The notes under the pieces: generated by a model
Database searches by the model: none
The model's input: only the letters and a program-made list of their open reading frames with translations
Told to the model about the DNA's origin: nothing
Shown: piece by piece, positions 21,814 through 31,331 of the stretch
Numbering within the stretch: the stretch's first letter is position 1
Layout of the letters: the number at the start of each line of letters is the position of its first letter
Source of the DNA: Collinsella sp.
GTDB taxonomy: Bacteria; Actinomycetota; Coriobacteriia; Coriobacteriales; Coriobacteriaceae
DNA length: 64,000 nucleotides
Assembly (NCBI GenBank): GCA_018380195.1
Contig: JAGZUC010000003.1
Coordinates: 55,769-119,768 of the forward strand
Reading direction: 5' to 3'
Program-made: the position numbers and the translations under genes

Positions 21814-22446
21814 CTAGGCGAGTAACTCGGCCGCCGCAAACTCCTCGGGCGTATTGACGTTCTCGAAGCAGAGCGTCGAGCCGGCGACCGCGACAATCTG
21901 AGGCTCGTCCAAATACCCGGCATTCACCCGGTCGATCAGGCAGCGGATTCGCTGACGGTCATCGGCGAGCAGCTCTTGGGCAACCGGCGCACACGCGACA
22001 CGGCGCCAGACGGCGCAAAGCGGCTCAATCCCCCGCTCCTCGCGCGGCACGCACACGTCGAGTGCCTCGGCCTCAGCACGATCGGCAAGCGCGCCGATGA
22101 GTTCCGGCGAGACAAACGGCATATCGCAGGCGACGATCGCCACGAGCGGCAATCGGGCCGCGGCCAACGAGCTCGCGATGCCGCGCATGGCACCGGCGGG
22201 ACCGTCGACGTCCATCACCACGCGGGGGCGCAGGCCATCAAACATAAACTCCTCAAGATAGGCAAGCTCGCTGGGACGCGAAGTCGTCACGACCAACTCG
22301 CCGGCAACTGGCGTCAGCCGACCCAGCACGCGCTCGATGAGCGGCTCGCCGCAAAACGCCATGCGCGCCTTATCGCAGCCCATGCGCGACGACAACCCGC
22401 CCGCCTGGACGACACAAGAAAGATCGGCACGTCTTACGGTAGTCAT
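21814..22446 (-). CDS. mobA: molybdenum cofactor guanylyltransferase
   Basis: N-terminal VVQAGGLSSRMG...DKA motif. Start at MTTVRR, 10 nt after GGAGGTG. The track ORF extends 96 codons upstream with no support. Confidence 0.75.
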   Translation of the reverse strand: MTTVRRADLSCVVQAGGLSSRMGCDKARMAFCGEPLIERVLGRLTPVAGELVVTTSRPSELAYLEEFMFDGLRPRVVMDVDGPAGAMRGIASSLAAARLPLVAIVACDMPFVSPELIGALADRAEAEALDVCVPREERGIEPLCAVWRRVACAPVAQELLADDRQRIRCLIDRVNAGYLDEPQIVAVAGSTLCFENVNTPEEFAAAELLA

Positions 22447-22753
22447 ACGACAAAACACCTCCATCGGCATGCTCGAAACCCGATGCACGAAGCTAAATAC
22501 AGCCGCCGAAATAGCGGCGCTACGAAAAGCTCGTGCAAAAACAAAACAGCGCCTTTGCGGCACGCAGCAAGACCGCGAGCACAAAAGCGCTGGTAGCGTA
22601 TGGCGGGAACGTATGTGAATCGAACACATCCAAGACGTTTTGCACGCCTCGCAACGGTTTTGAGGACCGCGGAGCCCACCGGAGCCCATCCGTTCCCAAG
22701 TGCGGCGGTATTTTACCAAACCGACAGGCCCCATCCCAAAAAGACAAGCAAGA

Positions 22754-22819
22754 AGTTGCGGTGGAATAGTTCCTGGTTTGGCGTTAGATGCCGAAAACAG
22801 GAACTATTTCACCGCAACT
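22754..22819. repeat. palindromic element copy 2 (variant stem AGTTGCGGTGGAATAGTTCCTG / CAGGAACTATTTCACCGCAACT)
   Basis: Seen directly. Compensatory changes relative to copy 1 keep the stem paired. Lies just downstream of the selB stop. Confidence 0.85.
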
Positions 22820-22844
22820 GAGAAGGCGGGGGCGGGTGACCGGC

Positions 22845-24812
22845 CTAGCGTAGGGAGCGCAGGCCGCCGGCTTCCTTGTCGAGCACCGTAAAGCGCACGG
22901 CATCCAGGTGTTCCAAAATGCTGATGGCGCGCTTGCGCGACACACCCAGGGCCTCGCGCAGCACGCTCGTGGTGGCAGCGCCACCGGCATCGGCGATGGC
23001 GGCGGCAACAAGCTCGCGCGCATGGGCCTCGGCGGCAGCGGACAGGGCAACGTCGCGCTCGACCTTCACGATCGAGCGGTTGAGCGAAAGCTCGCGCAGG
23101 GCACGCGTCATGGTGTCGCGATCGAGCTGCAGTTGCTCGCCCACCTCGGGCAACGTCGGTGCATCGAGGCCGGCTTCGTCCAGCAAGGCAACGATACGTT
23201 CGCAGGCTTCGCGAACCACGCGTGCCGCCGCGGCGGCCGAATGCGGATCGAATACCTCGGCGCCCTCGGCGGCGCACACACCACGCGAGCAGCCCTCGGC
23301 AATCAGAGCCGCGGCAACGCCTTCATCAGCGGCAGACCACGCAGCATGGGCAACGGCGCCAGGCGTAAAGCCCGTCTCCTTGGGAGCCGCCGTGTGCATG
23401 GCTGACAGGGTCGCCGCCAGTGCATCCATCGCGGCGTCGAGCACCGTGGCGTCCGCCAAGTAGTCCGCATCACCCACGGCAAGCTTGCGAACGGAGCCCT
23501 GCGACACCAACCCGCGCAGTGCGGCATCGACCTCGCCGACACCAAGATCCAAAGCGTCGGTAACATCAACCGCCGTAACCGGCAGCATCTGCAGCGCCAG
23601 CCAAGCGCCCACACCGCCCGCGGTATCGCCGGCCTCAAGCGCTGCAAGCAGCGTGCGCTCCCCCGCCGAAAGCTCGCGCGAGCGGCGGCAGCGCGAAAGC
23701 AGCACGCGCCCGCCGCCGATGAGCATAACGGGCGAATACGACAGCACCACGGCGTGGTCTCCGGCGCGCAGCGGCAGCGGCTCCTCCAGGCGCACCTGCA
23801 CGGTACGGGTCTCGCCCACCGCCATGGGGGCCTCGCCCTCCAAAAGCATGATGCGACCGACATCCTCGGCCGTGCCGGCCATCACATGCACGCGCACACC
23901 CGGCTCGAGCACACGCGGCTTGGCTCCCTCACGGCCCAGGTAGGTGAACGTCATCATAAAGCGTAACGTCTGACCAAAGCGATTCGCCACGCCCAGCAAC
24001 TCGCCGCGGTCAAGCGCCGCGACACCGTCACCAACTAGGTTGAGCGCCACACGCTGACCAGGCAGCGCGCGCGGCGTATCGCCATGCACCTGAATCCCGC
24101 GCACGCGACAGACCGTACGCGACGGCAAAGCCATCAGCTCATCGCCCACCGCAACCGGCGCATCGTGCAGCGTTCCCGTCACGACGGTGCCGGCGCCCTT
24201 GATCGTAAAGCAGCGGTCGATGGGCAGGCGAGGCGAGGCGCCGCTCCGATCGGAACGGTCGCGGCAGGAATCCCAGCAGGTACCAACCTGATCGTCAAGC
24301 GCTGCCAGCAGCGCATCAATCCCCGCGCCGGTCTTAGACGAAACAGGCACGATCGGCGCGTCCGCAAACACGGTACCCGACAAAAAGTCATCGACGTCGA
24401 GCTCGGCAAGCTCGATCATCTCGCTATCGGCCAGGTCGCACATCGTAAGCGCCACCACCATATGCGTGACGCCCAGCAGCTCCAACACGTGCACGTGCTC
24501 GCGCGTCTGCGGCATTACGCCCTCCACGGCAGAGACCACCAGCACGGCAACGTCGACGCCCGTCGCACCCTGCACCATGGCGCGCAAGTAATGTGCGTGA
24601 CCCGGCACGTCGACCAGACCAACGATCTTGCCACTCGGCAGCGCCAGCTCGCCAAAGCCCAGCTCCACGGTCATGCCACGACGGCGCTCAACCTCCAGAC
24701 GGTCGGGGTTTTTACCCGTAAGCGCCTCGATGAGCGCCGACTTACCGTGGTCGACATGACCCGCCGTGCCAACGATAACGGGACACTCCACCAGCGCCTG
24801 AACCTCACTCAT
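22845..24812 (-). CDS. selB: selenocysteine-specific elongation factor
   Basis: GTPase motifs AGHVDHGKS, DVPGH, MCD. Long C-terminal winged-helix region typical of SelB. The start overlaps the selA stop (ATGA). Confidence 0.88.
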   Translation of the reverse strand: MSEVQALVECPVIVGTAGHVDHGKSALIEALTGKNPDRLEVERRRGMTVELGFGELALPSGKIVGLVDVPGHAHYLRAMVQGATGVDVAVLVVSAVEGVMPQTREHVHVLELLGVTHMVVALTMCDLADSEMIELAELDVDDFLSGTVFADAPIVPVSSKTGAGIDALLAALDDQVGTCWDSCRDRSDRSGASPRLPIDRCFTIKGAGTVVTGTLHDAPVAVGDELMALPSRTVCRVRGIQVHGDTPRALPGQRVALNLVGDGVAALDRGELLGVANRFGQTLRFMMTFTYLGREGAKPRVLEPGVRVHVMAGTAEDVGRIMLLEGEAPMAVGETRTVQVRLEEPLPLRAGDHAVVLSYSPVMLIGGGRVLLSRCRRSRELSAGERTLLAALEAGDTAGGVGAWLALQMLPVTAVDVTDALDLGVGEVDAALRGLVSQGSVRKLAVGDADYLADATVLDAAMDALAATLSAMHTAAPKETGFTPGAVAHAAWSAADEGVAAALIAEGCSRGVCAAEGAEVFDPHSAAAAARVVREACERIVALLDEAGLDAPTLPEVGEQLQLDRDTMTRALRELSLNRSIVKVERDVALSAAAEAHARELVAAAIADAGGAATTSVLREALGVSRKRAISILEHLDAVRFTVLDKEAGGLRSLR

Positions 24813-26266
24813 CGTGCAACCGCCTTCTCAACGCACGCGACGAGCGTCGATGCCGCCGTCTCGATATCGCGGTCGCCCACGAGCGTGCGCACATCAAACA
24901 GAATGCGGTCGTGCGAGGCGCGCGTGACGACCGGCGTATCGAAGTCTTGAACGAGCGAGCGCTTGAGCGCGTCGACGGACAGGCGCCCGTCGACCGGGCA
25001 GACGGCCACGCACATCGTGGGTAGCTCCACGGTAGGCAGCGAGCCGCCGCCGGGAGTCGACGACTCCTCGACGATCTCCACCTGAACGGCGCACGGGCAA
25101 CCCGCCTTATCGAGGCCCGCCACCATCAGATCGCGCAACTTGCGTGCGCGACGCTCCAGATGGGCCTGCGGAAGCGTGAGCATATTGAGCACCGGTACCT
25201 CGCGATGGGCCACATCCGCCCCATCCATGTAAATACGTAGTGTAGCCTCGAGCGCCGCCAGTGCGAGCTTGCCCGGGCGCAGGGCACGCATAAGCGGATG
25301 CGACCCGCAGGCCTGGACCAGATCGCGACGGCCCATGATAATTCCCGCTTGTGCGGCACCGAGCAGCTTATCGCCCGAGCATGACACGATATCGAGCCCC
25401 GCCGCGACCGAAGCCGGCGTGGGTTCCTCGCCGCCGTGTACCAAGATGTCGTCGGGCAACAGCGCGCCCGAGCCCTGGTCCTCGTAGAACAGCAGGCCAT
25501 GCTTGTGGGCCAGAGCGGCAAGCTCCCGAGAGCCCACCTCCTCGTGAAAACCCTCGATGCGATAGTTGGAAGGATGGACCTTAAGGATCATCGCCGTATC
25601 GGGCGTGATGGCGCGCTCGTAGTCGCCTAGGTGCGTGCGGTTGGTGGCGCCGACCTCGACGAGTTTGGCGCCCGAAGCCGCCATGACATCGGGGATGCGG
25701 AAGCTGCCGCCGATCTCGACAAGCTCGCCGCGGCTGACGATGACCTCTTTGCCTGCGGCATGGGTCGCCAGCACCAGCAGCACAGCGGCGGCGTTGTTGT
25801 TAACGACCAGCGCGTCCTCGGCACCGGTAAGCGAGCGGATGAGCTGCGCGGCATGCTCCTTGCGCGACCCGCGCGAGCAGGTGTCCACGCTGTACTCGAG
25901 CGTGCTGTAGCCGCGCGCGACCTCGGCCACGGCCTTTGCCGCCGACTCCGCGAGCGGGGCGCGACCCAAGTTGGTATGGATGACCACGCCCGTAGCGTTG
26001 ACGGCAGGGCGCAGGCTCGGCAGCGCGGAGCGGTGCGCACGCCACTCGATGGCCGAAGCAAGGTCGCGCTTAGAACGCGGGGTGGCGCCGGCGCGAATGG
26101 CGGCGCGCTCCTCGTCGAGCTCAGCCGTCACGGCAACATGGACCACCGCGTCGCAGGTCTCCCCCGCCGCCTTCACCACCGGCCACTCGGCAAGCAGCTC
26201 GTTAACGGAAGGAATGGCGCGCAGGCGGGCGCGCACCTCATCGGACATGTTCTGGCTATCGCTCAT
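24809..26266 (-). CDS. selA: L-seryl-tRNA(Sec) selenium transferase
   Basis: SelA N-terminal region and PLP-lysine context (SGDKLLGAAQAG). AAAGG ribosome-binding site 7 nt upstream. Confidence 0.88.
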   Translation of the reverse strand: MSDSQNMSDEVRARLRAIPSVNELLAEWPVVKAAGETCDAVVHVAVTAELDEERAAIRAGATPRSKRDLASAIEWRAHRSALPSLRPAVNATGVVIHTNLGRAPLAESAAKAVAEVARGYSTLEYSVDTCSRGSRKEHAAQLIRSLTGAEDALVVNNNAAAVLLVLATHAAGKEVIVSRGELVEIGGSFRIPDVMAASGAKLVEVGATNRTHLGDYERAITPDTAMILKVHPSNYRIEGFHEEVGSRELAALAHKHGLLFYEDQGSGALLPDDILVHGGEEPTPASVAAGLDIVSCSGDKLLGAAQAGIIMGRRDLVQACGSHPLMRALRPGKLALAALEATLRIYMDGADVAHREVPVLNMLTLPQAHLERRARKLRDLMVAGLDKAGCPCAVQVEIVEESSTPGGGSLPTVELPTMCVAVCPVDGRLSVDALKRSLVQDFDTPVVTRASHDRILFDVRTLVGDRDIETAASTLVACVEKAVAR

Positions 26267-26342
26267 GTGCGACCTTTCAAAACCAAAGGTGAATCAATCG
26301 TTCGAACGTCAAACTATCAGCCAATTCGATCGGCTGAGTCAA

Positions 26343-28460
26343 TCAATCGCTATTATCCTCGCGTGCCGCGATCTTTTCCACGCGAACGGCGTTTTCCTGG
26401 GTGAGCGCAGCGCCCGTCAACGGGTCCCAACGCAACGGCGTATGGTCGAGCGGGCCGACGCCAAGTGCCTGGGCGCCATCCGCGCCAGCGCCAAACGAAC
26501 GCCCGCCGGGAGCCGCCGACGTAAAGATGCACGCCGGGTGCAGATAGGGCGTCGTCTCCACGCGCACGCGATCGCGACCCATGTCGCTCACAAGCTCGAC
26601 GATCTCGCCGTCGACGATGTCCATGCGCGCAGCAGCATCGGCATTCATCTGCACGGCATCCAGGTCCGATCCGGCCTCGGCGGCACCTTGGGCCGCAAGC
26701 CTTCGCGAGGTATGCGACTCAAAGGGACGGTTGCCGCTAATGAGGCGAAACATCCCCGGACCGGGCTCCACCATGGGAGCGATCCAGTTGGGTACACGAC
26801 CCAGACCGGCTCGTTCCCATACGTCGCTTGCCAGCGCAATTTTGCCGCCATCCAAGGGAATCGCCGACTCGCCCGTACGCGACGGCAACGCAACACCCGT
26901 GTCGGCCCAGCCGCACTCCTTGAGCTCGTCCAGATTGATCCCAAAAGGCGCCACCTGGGCAGCCGCCAGATCGTCAGACGTAAACTGGAAGTACTCGCCC
27001 ACGCCACACGCCTGCGCCAGACCGGCAAAAATCTCCCGACCGGGACGTGAGTCGTCATGCTGCACAGGCAGCACGGCGTTGCGGTAGAACACGCGCGCAT
27101 CGTTGGCGCCCACGACCGTACCCACACCGCGGTCGGCCTCCAGATACGTCACGTCGGGCAACACGAAGTCAGAAGCACGCGCCGTCTCGGACCAGCGAAT
27201 ATCAATCGTCACGAGCAAGTCGAGCTGCTGCAAAATACCCAACCAAGCCTGCGCGTTGCCATAACCCGCACCGGGGTTACTGGCATAGACGATGAGTCCA
27301 CGCAAATCGCCGGCAAGAATCGACTGACCGATGGTCGTACACAGGCCGCGCACCGGATCGACCAGTGGATAGCGCTCGGACCCCAGCTTGGGCCCGCGTG
27401 GCACCGGCGGCGTCGCAAAGCGTGCGGGATCGAGGTCGCCCAACACAAGCGGCGTGGGCGGGTTGAGCGCGCCGCCCGCGTGTCCGATGCAGCCCAGCAG
27501 CACATCGACCAAGCAAATAGCGCGCGCGGTCTGGGTGCTATTGGCATACGCGATACCGATGCCGCCATGAAAGCCCGCGTCCACCACAGCGGCAGGCGCG
27601 GCGGCAGCGAGATCGCGCGCCGTGGCGACAATCTCTGCGGCCGGCACGTCGCACATCGACTCGGCCCACTCGGGCGTCCAAGCACGGGCCGCCTGCGCCA
27701 GCTCGTCAAAACCCGTGGTATAGCGGGTCACGAACTCATGGTCATACAGGTCCTCGGCAATCAAGACATGCGCAATGCCCAGCAGCAAGGCCAAATCGCA
27801 TCCGGGACGCACGCGCAGCCAGCGGTCGGCAATAGCAGCCGAACCGCTGCGCCGAGGGTCAACCACGATAATCTTCGTCCCACGGCGACGGGCATCGTTG
27901 AGCGCATCAACGGCCCCCATCGTCGATGAATCGACAATGGAACGCCCCAGATACATGATGCAATCGGTGTGCGCGAGGTCGGAGGCGGGACTATAGCCCA
28001 GGCTGTGCTCCCAACCGGTAAGTCGGCTTACTTCGCAGGCACCGTCTGCACCGTATACGTTGGGCGAGCCCAGCGCATGCATAAAACGACACGCCCAGTA
28101 GCGGTCGAACGAGGGCACGCCGAGCGTCATGCCCAGCGCACGAGGCCCGCACTCGTCAACAATCCCCAAAAGACGCTCGGCAATCCGAGCAAACGCCTCG
28201 TCCCAGGAAATCGCATCAAACCCTGAGCCATCAGCTCGTCGGCGCATGGGGTGCACAATGCGGTCGCGCTCGTCAAACGGCATTGCCAGGCGATGCCGTC
28301 CGCGGGCGCACAGGGCACGCGCCGCGCACGGATGCCCCGGCACCGGCAGCTCGGCCACCACACGCCCATCCTCAACATGGGCCGCAAAGGCGCAATCGGC
28401 ATAGCATCCCCCGCATGTGGTCACCACGGCGCGACCGTCGCGCTTCACAGCAGATGCCAT
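26343..28460 (-). CDS. molybdopterin oxidoreductase, DMSO reductase family, cytoplasmic
   Basis: N-terminal CxxCxxxC [4Fe-4S] motif (TTCGGCYADC). No twin-arginine signal. Start at MASAV with AAAGGGG upstream. Confidence 0.75.
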   Translation of the reverse strand: MASAVKRDGRAVVTTCGGCYADCAFAAHVEDGRVVAELPVPGHPCAARALCARGRHRLAMPFDERDRIVHPMRRRADGSGFDAISWDEAFARIAERLLGIVDECGPRALGMTLGVPSFDRYWACRFMHALGSPNVYGADGACEVSRLTGWEHSLGYSPASDLAHTDCIMYLGRSIVDSSTMGAVDALNDARRRGTKIIVVDPRRSGSAAIADRWLRVRPGCDLALLLGIAHVLIAEDLYDHEFVTRYTTGFDELAQAARAWTPEWAESMCDVPAAEIVATARDLAAAAPAAVVDAGFHGGIGIAYANSTQTARAICLVDVLLGCIGHAGGALNPPTPLVLGDLDPARFATPPVPRGPKLGSERYPLVDPVRGLCTTIGQSILAGDLRGLIVYASNPGAGYGNAQAWLGILQQLDLLVTIDIRWSETARASDFVLPDVTYLEADRGVGTVVGANDARVFYRNAVLPVQHDDSRPGREIFAGLAQACGVGEYFQFTSDDLAAAQVAPFGINLDELKECGWADTGVALPSRTGESAIPLDGGKIALASDVWERAGLGRVPNWIAPMVEPGPGMFRLISGNRPFESHTSRRLAAQGAAEAGSDLDAVQMNADAAARMDIVDGEIVELVSDMGRDRVRVETTPYLHPACIFTSAAPGGRSFGAGADGAQALGVGPLDHTPLRWDPLTGAALTQENAVRVEKIAAREDNSD

Positions 28461-28521
28461 CTCGATTACCCCTTTCATCAGCCAAACACAACAGGCCAAA
28501 AGCCCGGCAACGAGCCCCAGA

Positions 28522-28560
28522 CCCAAAAAGCCTCCCGCACGGCAACGCCCCGCGGGAGGC
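28522..28560 (-). terminator. intrinsic terminator downstream of focA
   Basis: GCCTCCCGC-N13-GCGGGAGGC followed by TTTTTGGGTC on the minus strand. Confidence 0.75.
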
Positions 28561-28582
28561 CCAACATCAAACAGACGGTACC

Positions 28583-29422
28583 TTACGCCTCGGACTTCTT
28601 AGCGTAGACAAACCAATAGCCGAGCGCGATCAGAACCGCGCCGCCCACGATGTTGCCCAGCGTGGCGGCGGACAGGTTAAACGCAATGCCCGCAGCGTTG
28701 AGCGCATCAGCGCCGGCGACGTCGGCACCATAGCCGCACGCGTGCATCACGGCGCCCATAGGCAAAAAGTACATGTTGGCGACGCAGTGCTCAAAACCGC
28801 AGGCCACAAAGGCAGCGATCGGCAGCAAAATGCCCACAACCTTATCGACTACGGTCTTGCCGGCGGTACCGATCCACACGGCAAGGCACACAAAGATGTT
28901 GCACAGGATGCCGCGGAAGAAGATCGTCACCCAGTCGATTGTCACCTTGCCGGCGGCGACGCTCACCATGGAGTTGGCGACCGCCTCGCCGTTAAGCTTA
29001 TAGATGCCGGCCATGTACACCAAAAAGACGATGAACAGGGCACCGACAAAATTGCCGACCCACACGACGAGCCATGCCTTGAGCATCTGAGCCAGGGTGA
29101 TCTTTTTGCTCTTGAGCGCGCAGACCATAAGCGAGTTGCCGGTGAACAGCTCGGCGCCGCACACCAGCACGAGCACCAGGCCCAGGCAAAAGCACAGGCC
29201 GCCCACGACACGCTGAGCGCCCCAGCCCAGCGTGCTATCGCTCAAGAACACGGTAAAGAACAGGCCGCCGAAGGCAATGAACGCGCCGGCGAACATTGCC
29301 AACAGAAAGGCCTTTGCGACCGGCAGGTTGGCCTTGGTCACGCCGGCGGCCTCGGTCTTGGCCTCGATCGCGGCGGGCGCCAGGCAATCGGGAGCGGGGT
29401 ACTCCACCTTGGAATCTGCCAT
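28583..29422 (-). CDS. focA: formate/nitrite transporter family channel
   Basis: Six-helix formate/nitrite-transporter pattern with conserved GAELFTGN and GFEHCVANM motifs. Start at MADSKVEYP. Confidence 0.85.
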   Translation of the reverse strand: MADSKVEYPAPDCLAPAAIEAKTEAAGVTKANLPVAKAFLLAMFAGAFIAFGGLFFTVFLSDSTLGWGAQRVVGGLCFCLGLVLVLVCGAELFTGNSLMVCALKSKKITLAQMLKAWLVVWVGNFVGALFIVFLVYMAGIYKLNGEAVANSMVSVAAGKVTIDWVTIFFRGILCNIFVCLAVWIGTAGKTVVDKVVGILLPIAAFVACGFEHCVANMYFLPMGAVMHACGYGADVAGADALNAAGIAFNLSAATLGNIVGGAVLIALGYWFVYAKKSEA

Positions 29423-29461
29423 GTCAATCACTTCTTTCCTAATCAGCAGGGACAAGCGCTC

Positions 29462-29965
29462 CTATTGCTCTTGCCCCAAGCGGACAAAGTGGGAAAAGTC
29501 ATTGGCGGCCACGGCGTCGTACACGGCGTCGACGGCGTCAAAGACTTCCGGGGACATGGGGTTGTAGAACTCCGTGTCGCCCGGCTGAATCCCAACGAAG
29601 ACGATATCATCACACGATTGCTCAATCTCTTCGATCAGAATCGACAAAGGAAGCGAATGCGTGGTGAACATCGACTTGCGGGCCACATCGCGCTTGTCGA
29701 GCAAGCGGATGGACCCGACGGGCAGTGCCATGTCGGCGGCATCGACCAAGACCAGGCGAGGCGGACGCTCGCGCTTGACCTCGATGATGTCGTCCTCGGG
29801 CGTTTGGCCTCCGTCGATGGTGTACCAACCGGCGATAGGTGTGTCTTCCATCTTTTTGGAGAGCACGGGGCCGGCGGCATCGTCGGCACGCAGCACGCTT
29901 CCCGCCGTGAGCACGATACCCGCAAACGGGGCGCCGTTCACACGTCCATCCACAACGCGACCCAT
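29462..29965 (-). CDS. hycI: hydrogenase maturation endopeptidase (HycI-like)
   Basis: Collinear with E. coli HycI (DDAAGP...IDGG...VDAADM...GIQP). GGGGAGG ribosome-binding site 9 nt upstream. Confidence 0.85.
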   Translation of the reverse strand: MGRVVDGRVNGAPFAGIVLTAGSVLRADDAAGPVLSKKMEDTPIAGWYTIDGGQTPEDDIIEVKRERPPRLVLVDAADMALPVGSIRLLDKRDVARKSMFTTHSLPLSILIEEIEQSCDDIVFVGIQPGDTEFYNPMSPEVFDAVDAVYDAVAANDFSHFVRLGQEQ

Positions 29966-30546
29966 TACTGCAACCTCCCCGTCAGATACACGCCCGACAC
30001 ATCGCGCACGCGCTCAACCAGATCGCGGAACTTCATCAGAAACGCGACCTGCTGGGCATGCAGGCCAAAGTCGTCGTCGAACACCGAGATGCCGGCCTTG
30101 GCCGACCCGCGAAAACCACGCTCGTCGAGCAGCGCATCGCAGGCCTCGAGCAGCGACGGCACCGCCGCCTTGTCGAGCTGGCACTCGCCAAAGGAGCGGA
30201 TGGCCTCGAACTTGGTCTTGGCCTCCCCCTCCGGCAGCGCGTCGACGAGCGAATAGAACACATCCACCGGCACCGACAGGCGCGGCTCAAAGCAGTCGAG
30301 CACGCCGGTGTGGTGGCCCACGGCGAGCGTGTAGTACAGCACGTCGCAGGCCTCTTGGGGAACGTCTTCCTCGGTCTCCACAAACTTACGCGTGAGCTCA
30401 TAGAAGACCACCTGGTCGGGCGCATGGCCCAGGCAGGGGTCGGCGACGCCCTCGGCAGCCTCGTCGCTTGCGCGCGAGGCATCGCCAAAGGAGCCGCCGA
30501 GCATGCCGGGGCCCGCAAAGTAACCAGAGCGGTCCGTGAGCTCCAT
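29965..30546 (-). CDS. hycH: formate hydrogenlyase maturation protein HycH
   Basis: HycH-like sequence in operon position. GGAGG ribosome-binding site; start overlaps the upstream stop. Confidence 0.7.
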   Translation of the reverse strand: MELTDRSGYFAGPGMLGGSFGDASRASDEAAEGVADPCLGHAPDQVVFYELTRKFVETEEDVPQEACDVLYYTLAVGHHTGVLDCFEPRLSVPVDVFYSLVDALPEGEAKTKFEAIRSFGECQLDKAAVPSLLEACDALLDERGFRGSAKAGISVFDDDFGLHAQQVAFLMKFRDLVERVRDVSGVYLTGRLQ

Positions 30547-31329
30547 CTAGCGACCTCCGGCCAGCACCAGATCCTGCAGCGCCGAGTACACCTCGACGCG
30601 GCGCGGATCGTCCTGCTTGTCGATGAGCAGCGCCATGGCACCGCGGATATCGCCCTTGGGCGCGCCCTCGAGCGTATCCATAAACTCGTTGGCCAGGTCG
30701 CGGCCGTAACGGTAGCCGCTCATGGCGCGAGCTTCGCGCTCGATGGCAACGCGCAGCTTGTACGGCACGCCGGGGTGCAGGATATCGGCTTGCTCGCCGG
30801 CGGCCTCCACGGTGGTCTCGGCATGGAGCTTTTGGTCCAGCAGACCGAGCGCCATGGCAAAGCCGTAGATGGTCTGCGCGGGGCTGGGCGGGCAGCCGGG
30901 GATGTAGACATCGACCGGCAAGATCTTGTCCGTGCCGCCCCAGACGCAGTAGTTGTCGTAGAAGATGCCACCGGTGCAGCCGCACGCGCCATAGGACACC
31001 ACGATCTTGGGATCGGGTGCGGCCTCAAAGGCGCGCAGGGCCGGCATGCGCATGGCACGCGTCACGGCACCGGTGTACAGCAGCACATCGGCGTGACGGG
31101 GCGAGGGCACGACCTTGATGCCAAAGCGCTCGACGTCGAAGACGGGAGTGATGGAACCGAAGATCTCGATCTCGCAGCCGTTGCAGCCGCCGCAGTCAAC
31201 GCGGTAGACGTACACCGAGCGCTTGATCTTCTTAAGAAGGGTCGCCTTGGCCTTCTCGATGCTCTCGTCGAGCTCGATCTTGGTCGGGCGGTACTGAAGC
31301 CGCTCGGGCAAAAGCGTGGGTTCGGCCAT
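30547..31329 (-). CDS. hyfI: [NiFe] hydrogenase small subunit (HycG/HyfI, NuoB-like)
   Basis: Proximal cluster Cys motifs (CGGCNGCE...GACGCTGG...GCPP). Confidence 0.88.
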   Translation of the reverse strand: MAEPTLLPERLQYRPTKIELDESIEKAKATLLKKIKRSVYVYRVDCGGCNGCEIEIFGSITPVFDVERFGIKVVPSPRHADVLLYTGAVTRAMRMPALRAFEAAPDPKIVVSYGACGCTGGIFYDNYCVWGGTDKILPVDVYIPGCPPSPAQTIYGFAMALGLLDQKLHAETTVEAAGEQADILHPGVPYKLRVAIEREARAMSGYRYGRDLANEFMDTLEGAPKGDIRGAMALLIDKQDDPRRVEVYSALQDLVLAGGR

Positions 31330-31331
31330 GG

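Noticed and set aside
21814-22734. 306 aa track ORF for mobA with a 96-codon N-terminal extension.
   Set aside because: The extension is Cys/Arg-rich low-complexity sequence with no ribosome-binding site. Conserved MobA begins at MTTVRR, 10 nt after GGAGGTG.
22447-22753. ~300 bp mobA upstream region as a Moco riboswitch.
   Set aside because: Only a short GCCGC-N7-GCGGC hairpin is visible. Nothing identifiable by eye, and a covariance-model search is required.
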